DNA from: Anaeromyxobacteraceae bacterium
GTDB taxonomy: Bacteria > Myxococcota > Myxococcia > Myxococcales > Anaeromyxobacteraceae
DNA length: 64,000 nt
Direction of reading: 5' to 3'
Assembly: GCA_032654565.1 (NCBI GenBank)
Contig: JAULAX010000002.1
Coordinates: 128,001-192,000, forward strand
Position 1 is the first letter of the stretch; every line of letters begins with the position of its first letter. A program made the translations under genes and the position numbers. Below are positions 47,692 through 59,265 of this stretch, one piece after another. Below the pieces are notes generated by a model. The model had not been told where the DNA came from and ran no database searches. It worked only from the letters and a program-made list of their open reading frames with translations.

Positions 47692-48438
47692 CTAGGCCGG
47701 GGGCGGCGGCGCCGGAGGGCTGACCGCGGCGAGCGAGTAGATGATGCGGTTGCAGTTGGGGCAGGTCTCGATGGAGTCGGCCCGCTGCAGGACGATGGAG
47801 AGCTGGGGCGGGATGTTGCGGTGGCAGCCCTTGCAGGTGGAGCCGATCACCGCGGCCACGGCCACCCCGGCCCGCCGCTTCCTGATGTTCTCGTACTTGC
47901 CGAGCAGCCCGGCGTCCACCAGCGTCGCCGCGGTGGCCCGCCGCGCCGCCAGGGCGGCCAGCTTGGCCTCGGCCTCGGCGGCGGCCTGGTCCAGCTTGGC
48001 GGCGGCGGCCTGGGCGGCGTCCTCCACCTCGGCCAGCGCCTCGCCGCCGTCCTCGAGGGCGATGCGGATCTCCACGGCGGCGGCGGCCAGCACCTTGGCC
48101 TGCTCGCTCTGGGTCTCGTTCGACTTCTTGGCGATGTCGATCTCGCGTGACATGGCGGCGTACTCGCGCGGGGTCTTGATCTCGCCGAGCCGCCCCTCCC
48201 ACTTCTTCACCTTGTCGCGGTCCATCCCCAGCAGGGCCTCGACCTGGCGCTTCTCGCGCTCGTTGGCGTCCAGCCGGGCCTTCTGGTCGTCGTAGGCCTT
48301 GCGGGCCGCCTTGACCCGGGCCTCCAGGATGGCCCGCTCGGCGGGGATGGCCTCCAGCCCCTGGCGGGCGGCGTGGGCGTCGAGATCGATCTGCTGCAGC
48401 TCCTCCAGCACCCTCAGCTTCTCTCGCAGCGACGACAA
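47692..48438 (-). CDS. Coiled-coil C4-type zinc-ribbon protein
   Basis: LQQID, long coiled coil, CKGC...CPNC.RI; TTG start after AGGAG. Confidence 0.88.
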   Translation of the reverse strand: MSSLREKLRVLEELQQIDLDAHAARQGLEAIPAERAILEARVKAARKAYDDQKARLDANEREKRQVEALLGMDRDKVKKWEGRLGEIKTPREYAAMSREIDIAKKSNETQSEQAKVLAAAAVEIRIALEDGGEALAEVEDAAQAAAAKLDQAAAEAEAKLAALAARRATAATLVDAGLLGKYENIRKRRAGVAVAAVIGSTCKGCHRNIPPQLSIVLQRADSIETCPNCNRIIYSLAAVSPPAPPPPA

Positions 48439-48475
48439 AGCGACTCTCCTTGCTGTGTCCAACCAACCGGTGATG

Positions 48476-48547
48476 TGGGCCCACCAGGATTTGAACCTGG
48501 ATCGGGTCGGTTATGAGCCGATGGCTCTGCCGTTGAGCTATGGGCCC
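48476..48547 (-). tRNA. tRNA with anticodon CAT, most likely tRNA-Ile2 (lysidine); CCA not encoded
   Basis: GGGCCCATAGCTCAACGGCAGAGC...CTCATAA...GGTTCAAATCC..TGGGCCCA; paired 1:72 argues against the initiator tRNA. Confidence 0.9.
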
Positions 48548-48588
48548 GAGCTCGCCTGGCAGGGCGGTCGTACCACTTTCCTCGTCCT

Positions 48589-50856
<2,268 letters not shown>

Positions 50857-50959
50857 GATCTCTCGACTCCTTGGACTGCGGTGCCGCTCCGTGTTCACTA
50901 CCCGCGGGCCCTGCGCCGGGCCCAGCCATCCTTCGCGCCCCCCGCGGGGGCCCCGCCCG

Positions 50960-52888
50960 TCAGCCGCTGCTCTCCAGCCCGCGCAGCCGGCGCTCCAGCT
51001 CGGCCCGCCGCCGCATCGCCACCTCGGCCTCGACGCGCAGGCCGTCGGCGACCGGCGAGCCGGCCTTGACGATGCGGGCGCTGCAGCGCTCCTGCTCGGC
51101 CACCACCGCGGCGATGGCCGCCTTGATGGCGGCGCGCCGCAGCAGCCGCTCGGCCACGCCCCGCTCCACGCCGCCCGGGCCGGTCAGGGCCTCGATGCGC
51201 CGCCGCAGCGGCTCCTCGACGTCGGCCAGCCGGGCCAGCGCCGCCTCGCGGGTCAGCGGCTCGCGGATCAGGTCTCGGGCCAGGTCGGCCAGCGGCCCCG
51301 GCGGCAGCAGCCCGGGGAGGTTCTCCTCGGCGGCCGCCGGCCCCAGGTCGCCGAAGGCGATGAGCAGGCCGAGGGCGTCCACCGCCGGCCCGGGCAGCAC
51401 CGCCTGGACCCGCTGGTGCGAGGCCAGCAGGCTGCCCGACGGCGACGGCCGCCGATCCCGCCGCCAGCCACCGCCCTCGCGGGGCGGCGGCGACCCGCCG
51501 TCCTCCGAGCCGCCCTCGTCGGCCTCGGGCGGGGGCGCCTCGCTTCGAGCCTCGCTCCGCGATCCCCTCGGCCCGGCCGCCAGCTCCCGCCGCAGCGCCT
51601 CGACGTCGAGGTCGAGCTTGCGGGCCACCGCCTCCTCGAGCACGCCCCGGGCCAGCCCCTCGGGGGCCAGCCGGGTGAGCGGGGCCAGCTCGGCCACCGC
51701 CGCCAGCTTGGCCTCCAGCGCCGCCGTCTTCGGCTCGCGACCGCAGGTCTTCTCCACCGCCCGGTCGATGAGGAACTGCGAGAGCGGCACCGCCGCGGCC
51801 AGCAGCGCCTCGACGCCGGCCTTGCCGTGGGCGCGGGCGAAGTCGTCGGGGTCCAGCTTGGCGTCGCCGGCCGGCAGCAGCGCCACCTTGCCGGCCAGCC
51901 CGGCCGGGAAGAGCGCCGCCGCCGCCTTGCCGGGCGCGGCCAGCCCGGCCTGGTCGCCGTCGAACAGCACCGTGACCTCGCGGCAGTCGCAGCGCTTGAG
52001 CAGCTCCACGTGCTCCGGCGTCAGCGCCGTGCCGCAGACCGCCACGGCGTTCTTGACGCCGGCCTGGTGCAGCCCGATCACGTCGAAGTACCCCTCCACC
52101 AGCACCGCCGTCCGCGTCTTGCGGATCGACTCGCGCGCCAGGTCGAGCCCGTAGAGCACCCGGCTCTTCTTGTAGAGCGGGGTCTCCGGGGTGTTGATGT
52201 ACTTGGCCCCCTTCTCCTCGCCCATGGCCCTCGCGCCGAACCCGATCACCACGCCGTCCAGCCCGGCGATGGGGAACATCAGCCGCCCCCGGAACCGGTC
52301 GTAGGTCCGGCCGTCCTCCTTCTCCACCAGCAGCCCGGCCTTGAGGACGGCCGCCTCCCCGATCCCCTTCTCCTTGAGCCGCGGCGGCAGGTCGTCCCAC
52401 CCCGAGGCCGCCACCCCGAGGCGGAAGGCCTTGACCTGCTCGTCCGCCACCCCCCGCGAGGCCAGGTAGGCCCGGGCGTCGGTGCCGTAGCCGCTGCCCA
52501 GCCGGGCCGCCCAGTAGCGGGCCGCGGCGTCGCAGGCGGCCTGGAGCTCGTTGCGCTCCTTGCGCCGGCGCTGCGCCTCGGCCGTCTCCTGGGCGTCCGA
52601 CTCGGGGATCTCGATCCCCACCTCGGCCGCCAGCTCGCGCACCACCTCGGGAAACTCCTTGCCCTGCAGCTTCTGCAGGAACGTGAAGACGTTGCCGTAC
52701 TCACCGCAGCCGTAGCACTTGTAGTGCTTGTCCTCGGTGTAGACGTGGAAGCTGGGCGTCCGCTCCCCGTGAAAGGGGCAGCAGCCCCGCCAGGTCCGTC
52801 CGGCCCGCTTCAGCTCCACGTGGCGGCCGATCAGCGCCACCACGTCGACGCGGGCCTTGATCTCCTCGATGACCTCGTCGGGGATCAG
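50960..52888 (-). CDS. dnaG: DNA primase (probable CTG start)
   Basis: CPFH.E.TPSF, C.GC, DRFR.R.MFPI, KYIN.PET, VEGYFD, FDGD.AG; the typical N-terminus [10 protein letters not shown] begins right after CTG 52888. Confidence 0.93.
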   Translation of the reverse strand: MIPDEVIEEIKARVDVVALIGRHVELKRAGRTWRGCCPFHGERTPSFHVYTEDKHYKCYGCGEYGNVFTFLQKLQGKEFPEVVRELAAEVGIEIPESDAQETAEAQRRRKERNELQAACDAAARYWAARLGSGYGTDARAYLASRGVADEQVKAFRLGVAASGWDDLPPRLKEKGIGEAAVLKAGLLVEKEDGRTYDRFRGRLMFPIAGLDGVVIGFGARAMGEEKGAKYINTPETPLYKKSRVLYGLDLARESIRKTRTAVLVEGYFDVIGLHQAGVKNAVAVCGTALTPEHVELLKRCDCREVTVLFDGDQAGLAAPGKAAAALFPAGLAGKVALLPAGDAKLDPDDFARAHGKAGVEALLAAAVPLSQFLIDRAVEKTCGREPKTAALEAKLAAVAELAPLTRLAPEGLARGVLEEAVARKLDLDVEALRRELAAGPRGSRSEARSEAPPPEADEGGSEDGGSPPPREGGGWRRDRRPSPSGSLLASHQRVQAVLPGPAVDALGLLIAFGDLGPAAAEENLPGLLPPGPLADLARDLIREPLTREAALARLADVEEPLRRRIEALTGPGGVERGVAERLLRRAAIKAAIAAVVAEQERCSARIVKAGSPVADGLRVEAEVAMRRRAELERRLRGLESSG

Positions 52889-52906
52889 GTGTCGCCCCCG
52901 GTCCGG

Positions 52907-53356
52907 CTAGGTCCCCGAGAGGCGGGCCTTCACCAGCTCCGAGACCAGCTTGCCGTCGGCCTTGCCCTGCACCTCCGGCAGGAGCGCCTTCATCACCGTC
53001 CCCATGTCGCGCGGGCCCGCGGCGCCGGTCTTCTTCACCGCCGCCTCGACCAGCCGCTTCAGCTCGGCCTCGTCGAGCTGGGCCGGCAGGTAGCCGAGCA
53101 GGATGGCGGTCTCCGCCTCCTCCTTGGCCACCAGGTCCAGCCGGTTCCCGGCCCGGTACTGCTCGATCGAGTCCTTGTGCCGCTTGATCTCGCCGGAGAT
53201 CACCTGCAGCACCCCGGCGTCGTCGAGCGGCTTCATGGCCTCGATCTCCCGGTACTTGATGGCGCTCTTGAGCATGCGGACCACGGAGAGCTTCACCGTG
53301 TCCTTCACGCGCATCGACGCCTTCAGGTCGGCGTCGAGCTGGTCCTTGAGCGCCAT
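52907..53356 (-). CDS. GatB/YqeY domain protein
   Basis: L..DLK..M..KD...LS..RM.KSAIK, YLP.QL, DMG.VM. Confidence 0.92.
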   Translation of the reverse strand: MALKDQLDADLKASMRVKDTVKLSVVRMLKSAIKYREIEAMKPLDDAGVLQVISGEIKRHKDSIEQYRAGNRLDLVAKEEAETAILLGYLPAQLDEAELKRLVEAAVKKTGAAGPRDMGTVMKALLPEVQGKADGKLVSELVKARLSGT

Positions 53357-53390
53357 GGGGTCCCCCGGGAGGTGCGGCGACGACGGGCGG

Positions 53391-53585
53391 CTAGTACGTC
53401 TTCCGCGACTTCTTCATGGCGCGCTTCTTGGCCGCCAGCGCCTTCTTCTTGCGCTTGACGCTCGGCTTCTCGTAGTGCTCGCGCTTGCGGATCTCCGAGA
53501 GGATGCCGGCCTTCTCGCACTGCTTCTTGAACCGCTTCATCGCGTTCTCGAAGGATTCGCCTTCCTTGACACGCACTCCGGTCAT
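53391..53585 (-). CDS. rpsU: 30S ribosomal protein S21
   Basis: [14 protein letters not shown]......GIL.E.RKRE.YEKPS. Confidence 0.96.
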   Translation of the reverse strand: MTGVRVKEGESFENAMKRFKKQCEKAGILSEIRKREHYEKPSVKRKKKALAAKKRAMKKSRKTY

Positions 53586-53709
53586 TCTTTGCCTCGAACC
53601 TTTGGGTTGGCTTCGTGAGGGGCTCACGAAAGCGCAAAGCCGGATGCCCTGGGGCACCCGGCTCAAGCGCACGGTGGAACGGGGTGCTTAGAAAGATTTC
53701 GCCAGTTTG

Positions 53710-54036
53710 TCAAGGACTTCCGGGTCGCCGGGGGGCCCCGTGGCGGGCCTCCAGCGCCTCGTAGACCTGCGCCGGCGTCACCCCCGCCGAGGCCAGCACC
53801 ACGAACAGGTGGTAGACGAGGTCGGCCGCCTCCAGGGCCAGGTGCTCGCCGGTGTCCTGCCCGGCCAGCAGCCCCTGCTGGGCCTCTACGACCTCGTAGG
53901 CCTCCTCGATGACCTTGCGGCGGGCCTTGGCCGGGGCGGCGAGGAGCTTGCGGGTGTAGCTCTCGAGCTCCGCCGGGTCGTCGCGGCGGGCTTCGATGGT
54001 CTTCCAGAGGGTCGCGAGGAACCGCTCGTCGGCCAT
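53710..54036 (-). CDS. hisE: Phosphoribosyl-ATP pyrophosphatase
   Basis: SYT..LL, KV.EEA.E, EAADL.YHL.V; own RBS CAGGAG. Confidence 0.9.
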   Translation of the reverse strand: MADERFLATLWKTIEARRDDPAELESYTRKLLAAPAKARRKVIEEAYEVVEAQQGLLAGQDTGEHLALEAADLVYHLFVVLASAGVTPAQVYEALEARHGAPRRPGSP

Positions 54037-54425
54037 GGCATCTCCTGGGTGGTGTGGAAGCAGCTCCGCTCCCCGGTGTGGCAGGCCGGCCCGGCCTGCC
54101 GGACCACGTAGAGCACGGCGTCGCCGTCGCAGTCCACCGAGACCGAGAGCACCTGCTGGACGTGGCCGGAGGTGTCCCCCTTGCGCCAGAGCGCGCCGCG
54201 GCTGCGCGACCAGTAGGTGCCGCGCCCGGTGGCCAGCGTCCGCTCGAGCGCCTCGCGGTTGGCCCAGGCCAGCATCAGCACCGTGCCGTCGGCCTCCTGG
54301 GCCACCACCGGGACCAGCCCGCGCCCGTCGAACTGGATGAGCCCGAGCAGCGCCGCCGACGACCCGGCCGCCTTCGCCAGGGCCTTCCCCGGCCCCTTCC
54401 CCGGGGCCTTCCTGGGAGCCTTCAT
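53886..54425 (-). CDS. hisI: Phosphoribosyl-AMP cyclohydrolase
   Basis: WSRSR..LW.KG.TSG, DCDGDA, ACHTG..SCF. Confidence 0.9.
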   Translation of the reverse strand: MKAPRKAPGKGPGKALAKAAGSSAALLGLIQFDGRGLVPVVAQEADGTVLMLAWANREALERTLATGRGTYWSRSRGALWRKGDTSGHVQQVLSVSVDCDGDAVLYVVRQAGPACHTGERSCFHTTQEMPWPTSGSSRPSGRPSKPAATTRRSSRATPASSSPPRPRPAARSSRRPTRS

Positions 54426-55189
54426 GGCCGCACCTCCACGCCGCGTTCCAGCAGGAACCGCTTGGCCTCGCCGACGGTGTGGGTGCCGTCGTGGAAGATC
54501 GAGGCGGCCAGCGCCGCGTCGGCGTACCTGAGTCCTTCAGCCAGGTGCTGGAGGCTTCCCACACCTCCCGAGGCGATCACCGGGATGCGCACCGCCGCCT
54601 GCACCCGCTCCAGCAGCGCCAGGTCGTAGCCGGCGTGGGTGCCGTCGCGGTCCATCGAGGTGAGCAGCAGCTCGCCGGCGCCGCGGTCGGCCACCTCGCG
54701 GATCCAGGCCAGCCCCTCGCGCCCGGTGGCCCTCGAGCCCCCGGCCACGTAGACCTCCCACTCGGTGCCCCGCCCCTCAACCCGGGGCCGGCGCTTGACG
54801 TCCACCGCCACCACCAGCGCCTGGGCCCCGGCGATGGCCGAGAGCCGGTCGACCAGGCCCGGCTCCTTCACCGCCGAGGAGTTGACGCTCACCTTGTCGG
54901 CCCCGGCCCGCAGCAGGGCCACGAAGTCGGCCTCGCTGCGCACCCCGCCGCCCACGGTGAGCGGGGCGAAGACCCGGGCCGCGGTCCGGCTCACCAGGTC
55001 GAGCAGCGTGCCGCGGTTCTCCAGCGTGGCGGCGATGTCCAGGTAGGTGATCTCGTCGGCCCCCTGGGCGTCGTAGCGGGCCGCCGCCTCGACCGGGTCG
55101 CCGGCGTCGCGCAGGTTCTGGAACTTGACGCCCTTGACGACGCGGCCGTCCTTGACGTCGAGGCAGGGGATGATCCGCTTGGCCGGCAC
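54422..55189 (-). CDS. hisF: Imidazole glycerol phosphate synthase cyclase subunit
   Basis: [29 protein letters not shown]. Confidence 0.96.
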   Translation of the reverse strand: MPAKRIIPCLDVKDGRVVKGVKFQNLRDAGDPVEAAARYDAQGADEITYLDIAATLENRGTLLDLVSRTAARVFAPLTVGGGVRSEADFVALLRAGADKVSVNSSAVKEPGLVDRLSAIAGAQALVVAVDVKRRPRVEGRGTEWEVYVAGGSRATGREGLAWIREVADRGAGELLLTSMDRDGTHAGYDLALLERVQAAVRIPVIASGGVGSLQHLAEGLRYADAALAASIFHDGTHTVGEAKRFLLERGVEVRP

Positions 55190-55190
55190 C

Positions 55191-55946
55191 CTAGGCCCCC
55201 GCCCCCGGCGCGCCGACCGGGGCCGCTCCGCCCGCCGCCGCCAGCGCCACCGCCTCGGCCAGCTTGATCCGCCCCTCGTAGAGCGCCTTGCCGACGATGA
55301 CCCCGGCCACGCCGGCCGCCAGGCAGGCGCGGATGTCGTCGAGCCCGGCCACGCCCCCCGAGGCCACCACCGCCACCCCCGCCTCGGCCTGCAGCGCCGC
55401 GGCGCCGGCGGCGTCGACGCCGGTGAACATGCCGTCGCGGGCCACGTCGGTGTACTCCACCAGCGTCACCCCGGCCTCCTTGACCCGCCGCGCCACCTCG
55501 GCCGCCTTCAGCCCAGAGCCCTCGAGCCAGCCGGCCACCTTGACCTCGCCGTTGCGGGCGTCGATGCCGCAGCGGACCCGGCCGGGGAACCGCTGGCAGG
55601 CCTGCCGGACCAGATCCAGCCGCTCCACCGCGGCGGTGCCGAGCACCACCGCCGCCACCCCCAGCCCCAGCACCTTCTCGATGTCGCCGAGCGTGCGCAG
55701 CCCGCCCCCCAGCTCGATCTCCAGCCCCGGGACGGCGCAGAGCTCGGCCACCGTGGAGAGGTTGACCGGCCAGCCGGCCTTGGCCCCGTCGAGGTCGACG
55801 ACGTGGAGCCGGGTGGCGCCGGCGGCGGCGAACTTCGCAGCCTCCTCGGCGGGGTGGCGCGAGTAGACCTGCCGGGTGGCGAAGTCGCCCTTCTGCAGCC
55901 GGACCACCTCGCCGCTCATCAGGTCGATGGCCGGGATCACGAGCAC
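55191..55946 (-). CDS. hisA: ProFAR isomerase
   Basis: [33 protein letters not shown]. Confidence 0.95.
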   Translation of the reverse strand: MLVIPAIDLMSGEVVRLQKGDFATRQVYSRHPAEEAAKFAAAGATRLHVVDLDGAKAGWPVNLSTVAELCAVPGLEIELGGGLRTLGDIEKVLGLGVAAVVLGTAAVERLDLVRQACQRFPGRVRCGIDARNGEVKVAGWLEGSGLKAAEVARRVKEAGVTLVEYTDVARDGMFTGVDAAGAAALQAEAGVAVVASGGVAGLDDIRACLAAGVAGVIVGKALYEGRIKLAEAVALAAAGGAAPVGAPGAGA

Positions 55947-55976
55947 GGGGGGACCTCCACGAAGCGCTGGGTCATT

Positions 55977-56615
55977 CTAGTGGATCCCCACGAAGCGACG
56001 CAGGAAGGCCAGCCCGACCTGCTGGCTCTTCTCCGGGTGGAACTGGACGGCGAAGAGGTGGCCCTGCGCCAGCCCGGCGCAGAAGGGCCGGCCGTGGGTG
56101 GCGGTGAGCTGGGTGCCGGGGGCGTCGGCCGGGGCGGCGTAGCTGTGGGCGAAGTAGACGAACTGGCCGTCGAGCGGGGCGAAGAGCGGGTGCAGCGGGC
56201 CGGCGGCGGCCAGCTTCGACCAGCCGATGTGCGGCAGGCGCACCTCGGGCGGCAGCTTGCGGACGGTACCGGGGACCAGCCCCAGCCCGCGCGCCCCGCC
56301 CGCCTCCTCGCCGTCGCTGAAGAGGATCTGCAGGCCGACGCAGATGCCCAGCACCGGCGTGCCGCGGGCGATCACCTCGCGCAGCGCCGCCTCGACGCCG
56401 CTGCCGCGCATGGCCTCGGCGCAGGCCGGCATGGCCCCCTGCCCCGGCACCACCACGCTGGCGGCGGCGCGCACCGCGGCCGGGTCGCGGGTCACCACCA
56501 CCTCGGCCCCGACCTCGCGCAGGGCGTTCTCCACCGAGCGCAGGTTGCCGGCGCCGTAGTCCACCAGCGCGACCGTCCCGCTCACGGCGCGGCTCTCGCG
56601 GACCGGTCCGGCCAC
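55977..56615 (-). CDS. hisH: Imidazole glycerol phosphate synthase amidotransferase subunit
   Basis: DYGAGN..SV, LGICVG.Q, QFHPEKS; start may be GTG 56585. Confidence 0.94.
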   Translation of the reverse strand: MAGPVRESRAVSGTVALVDYGAGNLRSVENALREVGAEVVVTRDPAAVRAAASVVVPGQGAMPACAEAMRGSGVEAALREVIARGTPVLGICVGLQILFSDGEEAGGARGLGLVPGTVRKLPPEVRLPHIGWSKLAAAGPLHPLFAPLDGQFVYFAHSYAAPADAPGTQLTATHGRPFCAGLAQGHLFAVQFHPEKSQQVGLAFLRRFVGIH

Positions 56616-56616
56616 A

Positions 56617-57231
56617 TCAGAGCACGCCCTTGGTCGACGCCAGCGCCGTCCCCTCGCGCACCGTGGCGGCGCGCAGGGCCCGGGCCACCGCCTTGAAGGT
56701 GGCCTCGACGATGTGGTGCAGGTTGCGGCCGTAGCGCACGTTGACGTGGAGGCAGACCCGGGCGTGGTTGCAGAGGGCCTGCAGGAAGTCCTGGGTCAGG
56801 TCGACGTCGTAGCCGCCGATGAACTTCTTGCCGCTGGGGAGCCGGGCGTTGAAGGTCAGGTGGGGGCGGCCGGAGAGGTCGATGACCGCCTCCACCAGCG
56901 CCTCGTCGAGCGGCACCACGGCGTGGCCGTAGCGGGCCAGCCCGGCCTTGTCGCCGAGCGCCTCGCGCAGCGCCTCGCCGATGGCGATGCCGACGTCCTC
57001 GACGGTGTGGTGGGCGTCGACCTCCAGGTCGCCGCGGGCCCGGACCTCGAGGGCCAGGCCGCCGTGGCGGGAGAGCTGCGCCAGCATGTGGTCGAAGAAG
57101 GGCAGGCCGGTGTCGGTGCGGCAGGCGCCGCCGCCCAGCGCCAGCGCCACGGCGATGTCGGTCTCCTTCGTCTTCCGGGCGATCCGCCCCTGCCCCGGCT
57201 TCGACTTCGGCTTCGACTTCCTGGCCGCCAT
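56617..57231 (-). CDS. hisB: Imidazoleglycerol-phosphate dehydratase
   Basis: RKTKETDI, FFDHML, HHTVED, N.HHIVEA.FKA. Confidence 0.95.
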   Translation of the reverse strand: MAARKSKPKSKPGQGRIARKTKETDIAVALALGGGACRTDTGLPFFDHMLAQLSRHGGLALEVRARGDLEVDAHHTVEDVGIAIGEALREALGDKAGLARYGHAVVPLDEALVEAVIDLSGRPHLTFNARLPSGKKFIGGYDVDLTQDFLQALCNHARVCLHVNVRYGRNLHHIVEATFKAVARALRAATVREGTALASTKGVL

Positions 57232-58646
57232 CAGCTCCTCCCCCGCTTCGGCTTCGACCGCTGCGGCTGCTTCGAACCCTTCGCCTGCTTCGACGGCTTC
57301 CTCGACGGCCGCGCCGCCTTCTTCGCCGGAGCCGGCGCCGCCTTCCCCTCGACCCGCACCTGCACGGCGCGCCAGTGGCCCAGCAGCCCCTCGGCCAGGG
57401 CCAGCGCCTCGACCGCCGGCGCCACCGCCGCCAGCGCCCGGGGCGTGAACTCGAGGACGCTCTGGCGCCGCCGGAAGGTGGCCACCGAGAGCGGCGAGGC
57501 GAAGCGGGCGGTGCCGGCCGTCGGCAGCACGTGGCTGGGGCCGGCCAGGTAGTCGCCCACCGCCTCCGGCGTCGAGGCGCCCACGAAGAGGGCGCCGGCC
57601 CGGGTCAGCTTCGGGGCCAGCCTGCGGGCGTCGGCGGCGTGGATGGCCAGGTGCTCGGGGGCGAACCGGTCGGCCAGCGCCACCGCCTCGGCCAGGGTGC
57701 GGGTCACCACCACCGCCCCGCGCTCGGCGATGGCCTGGCCGGCGATCTCCCGGCGCGGCAGGTCGGCGAGCTGCCGCCCCACCTCCACCTGCGCCGCCGC
57801 CGCCAGCGCCTTCGACGGGGTCACCAGCACCGCCACGGCGCGCACGTCGTGCTCGGCCTGGGCCAGCAGGTCGCTGGCCACCTCGACGGCGCTGGCCGCG
57901 GCGTCGGCCAGCACCAGGATCTCGCTGGGGCCGGCGATCATGTCGATGTCCACCTGGCCGAAGACCAGCCGCTTGGCGGCGGCCACGTAGGCGTTGCCCG
58001 GGCCGCAGATCTTGTCGACCGCCGGCACCGTGGCGGTGCCGTAGGCCAGCGCCGCCACCGCCTGGGCCCCGCCCACCTTGAAGAGGCGGGAGACGCCGGC
58101 CACGTGGCAGGCGGCCAGCGTCCAGCCGTCGACGGCGCCGGTGGCGTGGAGGCCGGGGGTGGTCACCACCACCTCGCCGACGCCGGCCACCCGGGCCGGG
58201 ATGGCGGTCATCAGCACCGACGAGGGGTAGCGGGCGGTGCCGCCGGGGACGTAGAGGCCGACCCGCGCCAGGGGGTGGGTGCGCTGGGCCAGCCGGGCGC
58301 CCAGGGCGTCGGTGAACTCCGGCACCTCGGCGTCGCGCTCGCGCTGGTGGAAGGCGCGGACCCGGTCGGCGGCCAGCTGCAGCGCCCGGCGGCCGGCGTC
58401 GGGCAGGCCGCGCCAGGCGGCGGCGAAGTCGGCCGGCCCGAGCGCCAGGGCGTCGGCCGAGGCCGGCACCCAGCGGTCCCAGCGGGCGGTGTAGTCGAGC
58501 AGGGCGGCGTCGCCGCGGGCCCGGACGTCGGCCACCACCCGGGCGGCCGCCTCGCGCACCGGGGCCTCGTCCTCGTCGGAGCCGCGGGCGCAGAGGGCGC
58601 GCCAGGCGTCGGCGAAGCTGGGGGCGGTGGTGACGAGCGTCTTCAC
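57231..58646 (-). CDS. hisD: Histidinol dehydrogenase
   Basis: GLYVPGG.A.YPSSVLM, GPGNAYV..AK, DMIAGPSE, QAEHD, GDY.AGPSHVLPT. Confidence 0.95.
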   Translation of the reverse strand: MKTLVTTAPSFADAWRALCARGSDEDEAPVREAAARVVADVRARGDAALLDYTARWDRWVPASADALALGPADFAAAWRGLPDAGRRALQLAADRVRAFHQRERDAEVPEFTDALGARLAQRTHPLARVGLYVPGGTARYPSSVLMTAIPARVAGVGEVVVTTPGLHATGAVDGWTLAACHVAGVSRLFKVGGAQAVAALAYGTATVPAVDKICGPGNAYVAAAKRLVFGQVDIDMIAGPSEILVLADAAASAVEVASDLLAQAEHDVRAVAVLVTPSKALAAAAQVEVGRQLADLPRREIAGQAIAERGAVVVTRTLAEAVALADRFAPEHLAIHAADARRLAPKLTRAGALFVGASTPEAVGDYLAGPSHVLPTAGTARFASPLSVATFRRRQSVLEFTPRALAAVAPAVEALALAEGLLGHWRAVQVRVEGKAAPAPAKKAARPSRKPSKQAKGSKQPQRSKPKRGRS

Positions 58647-58689
58647 GGGGGGTCCTCTCTTCGGGAACCCGGGAAAATACCGCATCGGC

Positions 58690-59265
58690 GGCGGTGAGGC
58701 GAGCCGGGCTGCGGCTGCTGGGTTGCGGCTGCAGAGCGCAGGGGTCCAGCCGCAGCGCTCCGGCGGTGGCCCGGTCGGAGGTGGCGGAGAAGCCGAGCTC
58801 GAGCGCGGTGACCGTCACGGCGCCCCCCGTCCCCTCGGTCCACGCCACCGAGCCGGAGGCGGCAGCCTGGCTGCTCCCGAGGACGCCCCCGGTCCGCTGG
58901 GTGAGCTCCCCCACCCCCTGGCCGGCGGCCGGGGTCGCCGCCGCCAGCACCGAGGCCACGGTGGTGCCATCCGCCGGCGGCAGGATCCGCAACGCCAGCA
59001 GGGTCCAGGTGCCCACCGGCACCAGCCGGATGGCCAGGCAGGTGTCCGGCTGGTCGGAGACGTAGAGCTCCAGCAGGCCGGCGCGGCGCCCCACCGCGCC
59101 GCTGACCATCTTCAGCGTGGTGCCGCCGACGGTGAACTCGGGGGGCGGGGTGAGATCCACCGGACCCGAGGCCGGGAGGCCGCAGCCTGACGGGAGGGCG
59201 AGCGCCAGGAGGAGGAGCGCCCCTCCCGGCCCGAGCCGCCCCCCGGTCCGGCCGCCCCGGCTCAC
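58690..59265 (-). CDS. Hypothetical lipoprotein (3' end undefined; no nearby stop)
   Basis: GTG overlaps the pullulanase stop; signal peptide ...LPSGC; protein-like for about 175 aa. Confidence 0.55.

Noticed and set aside
48476..48547. tRNA as an integration site
   Set aside because: No duplicated tRNA 3' end or integrase; flanking genes are the usual neighbours
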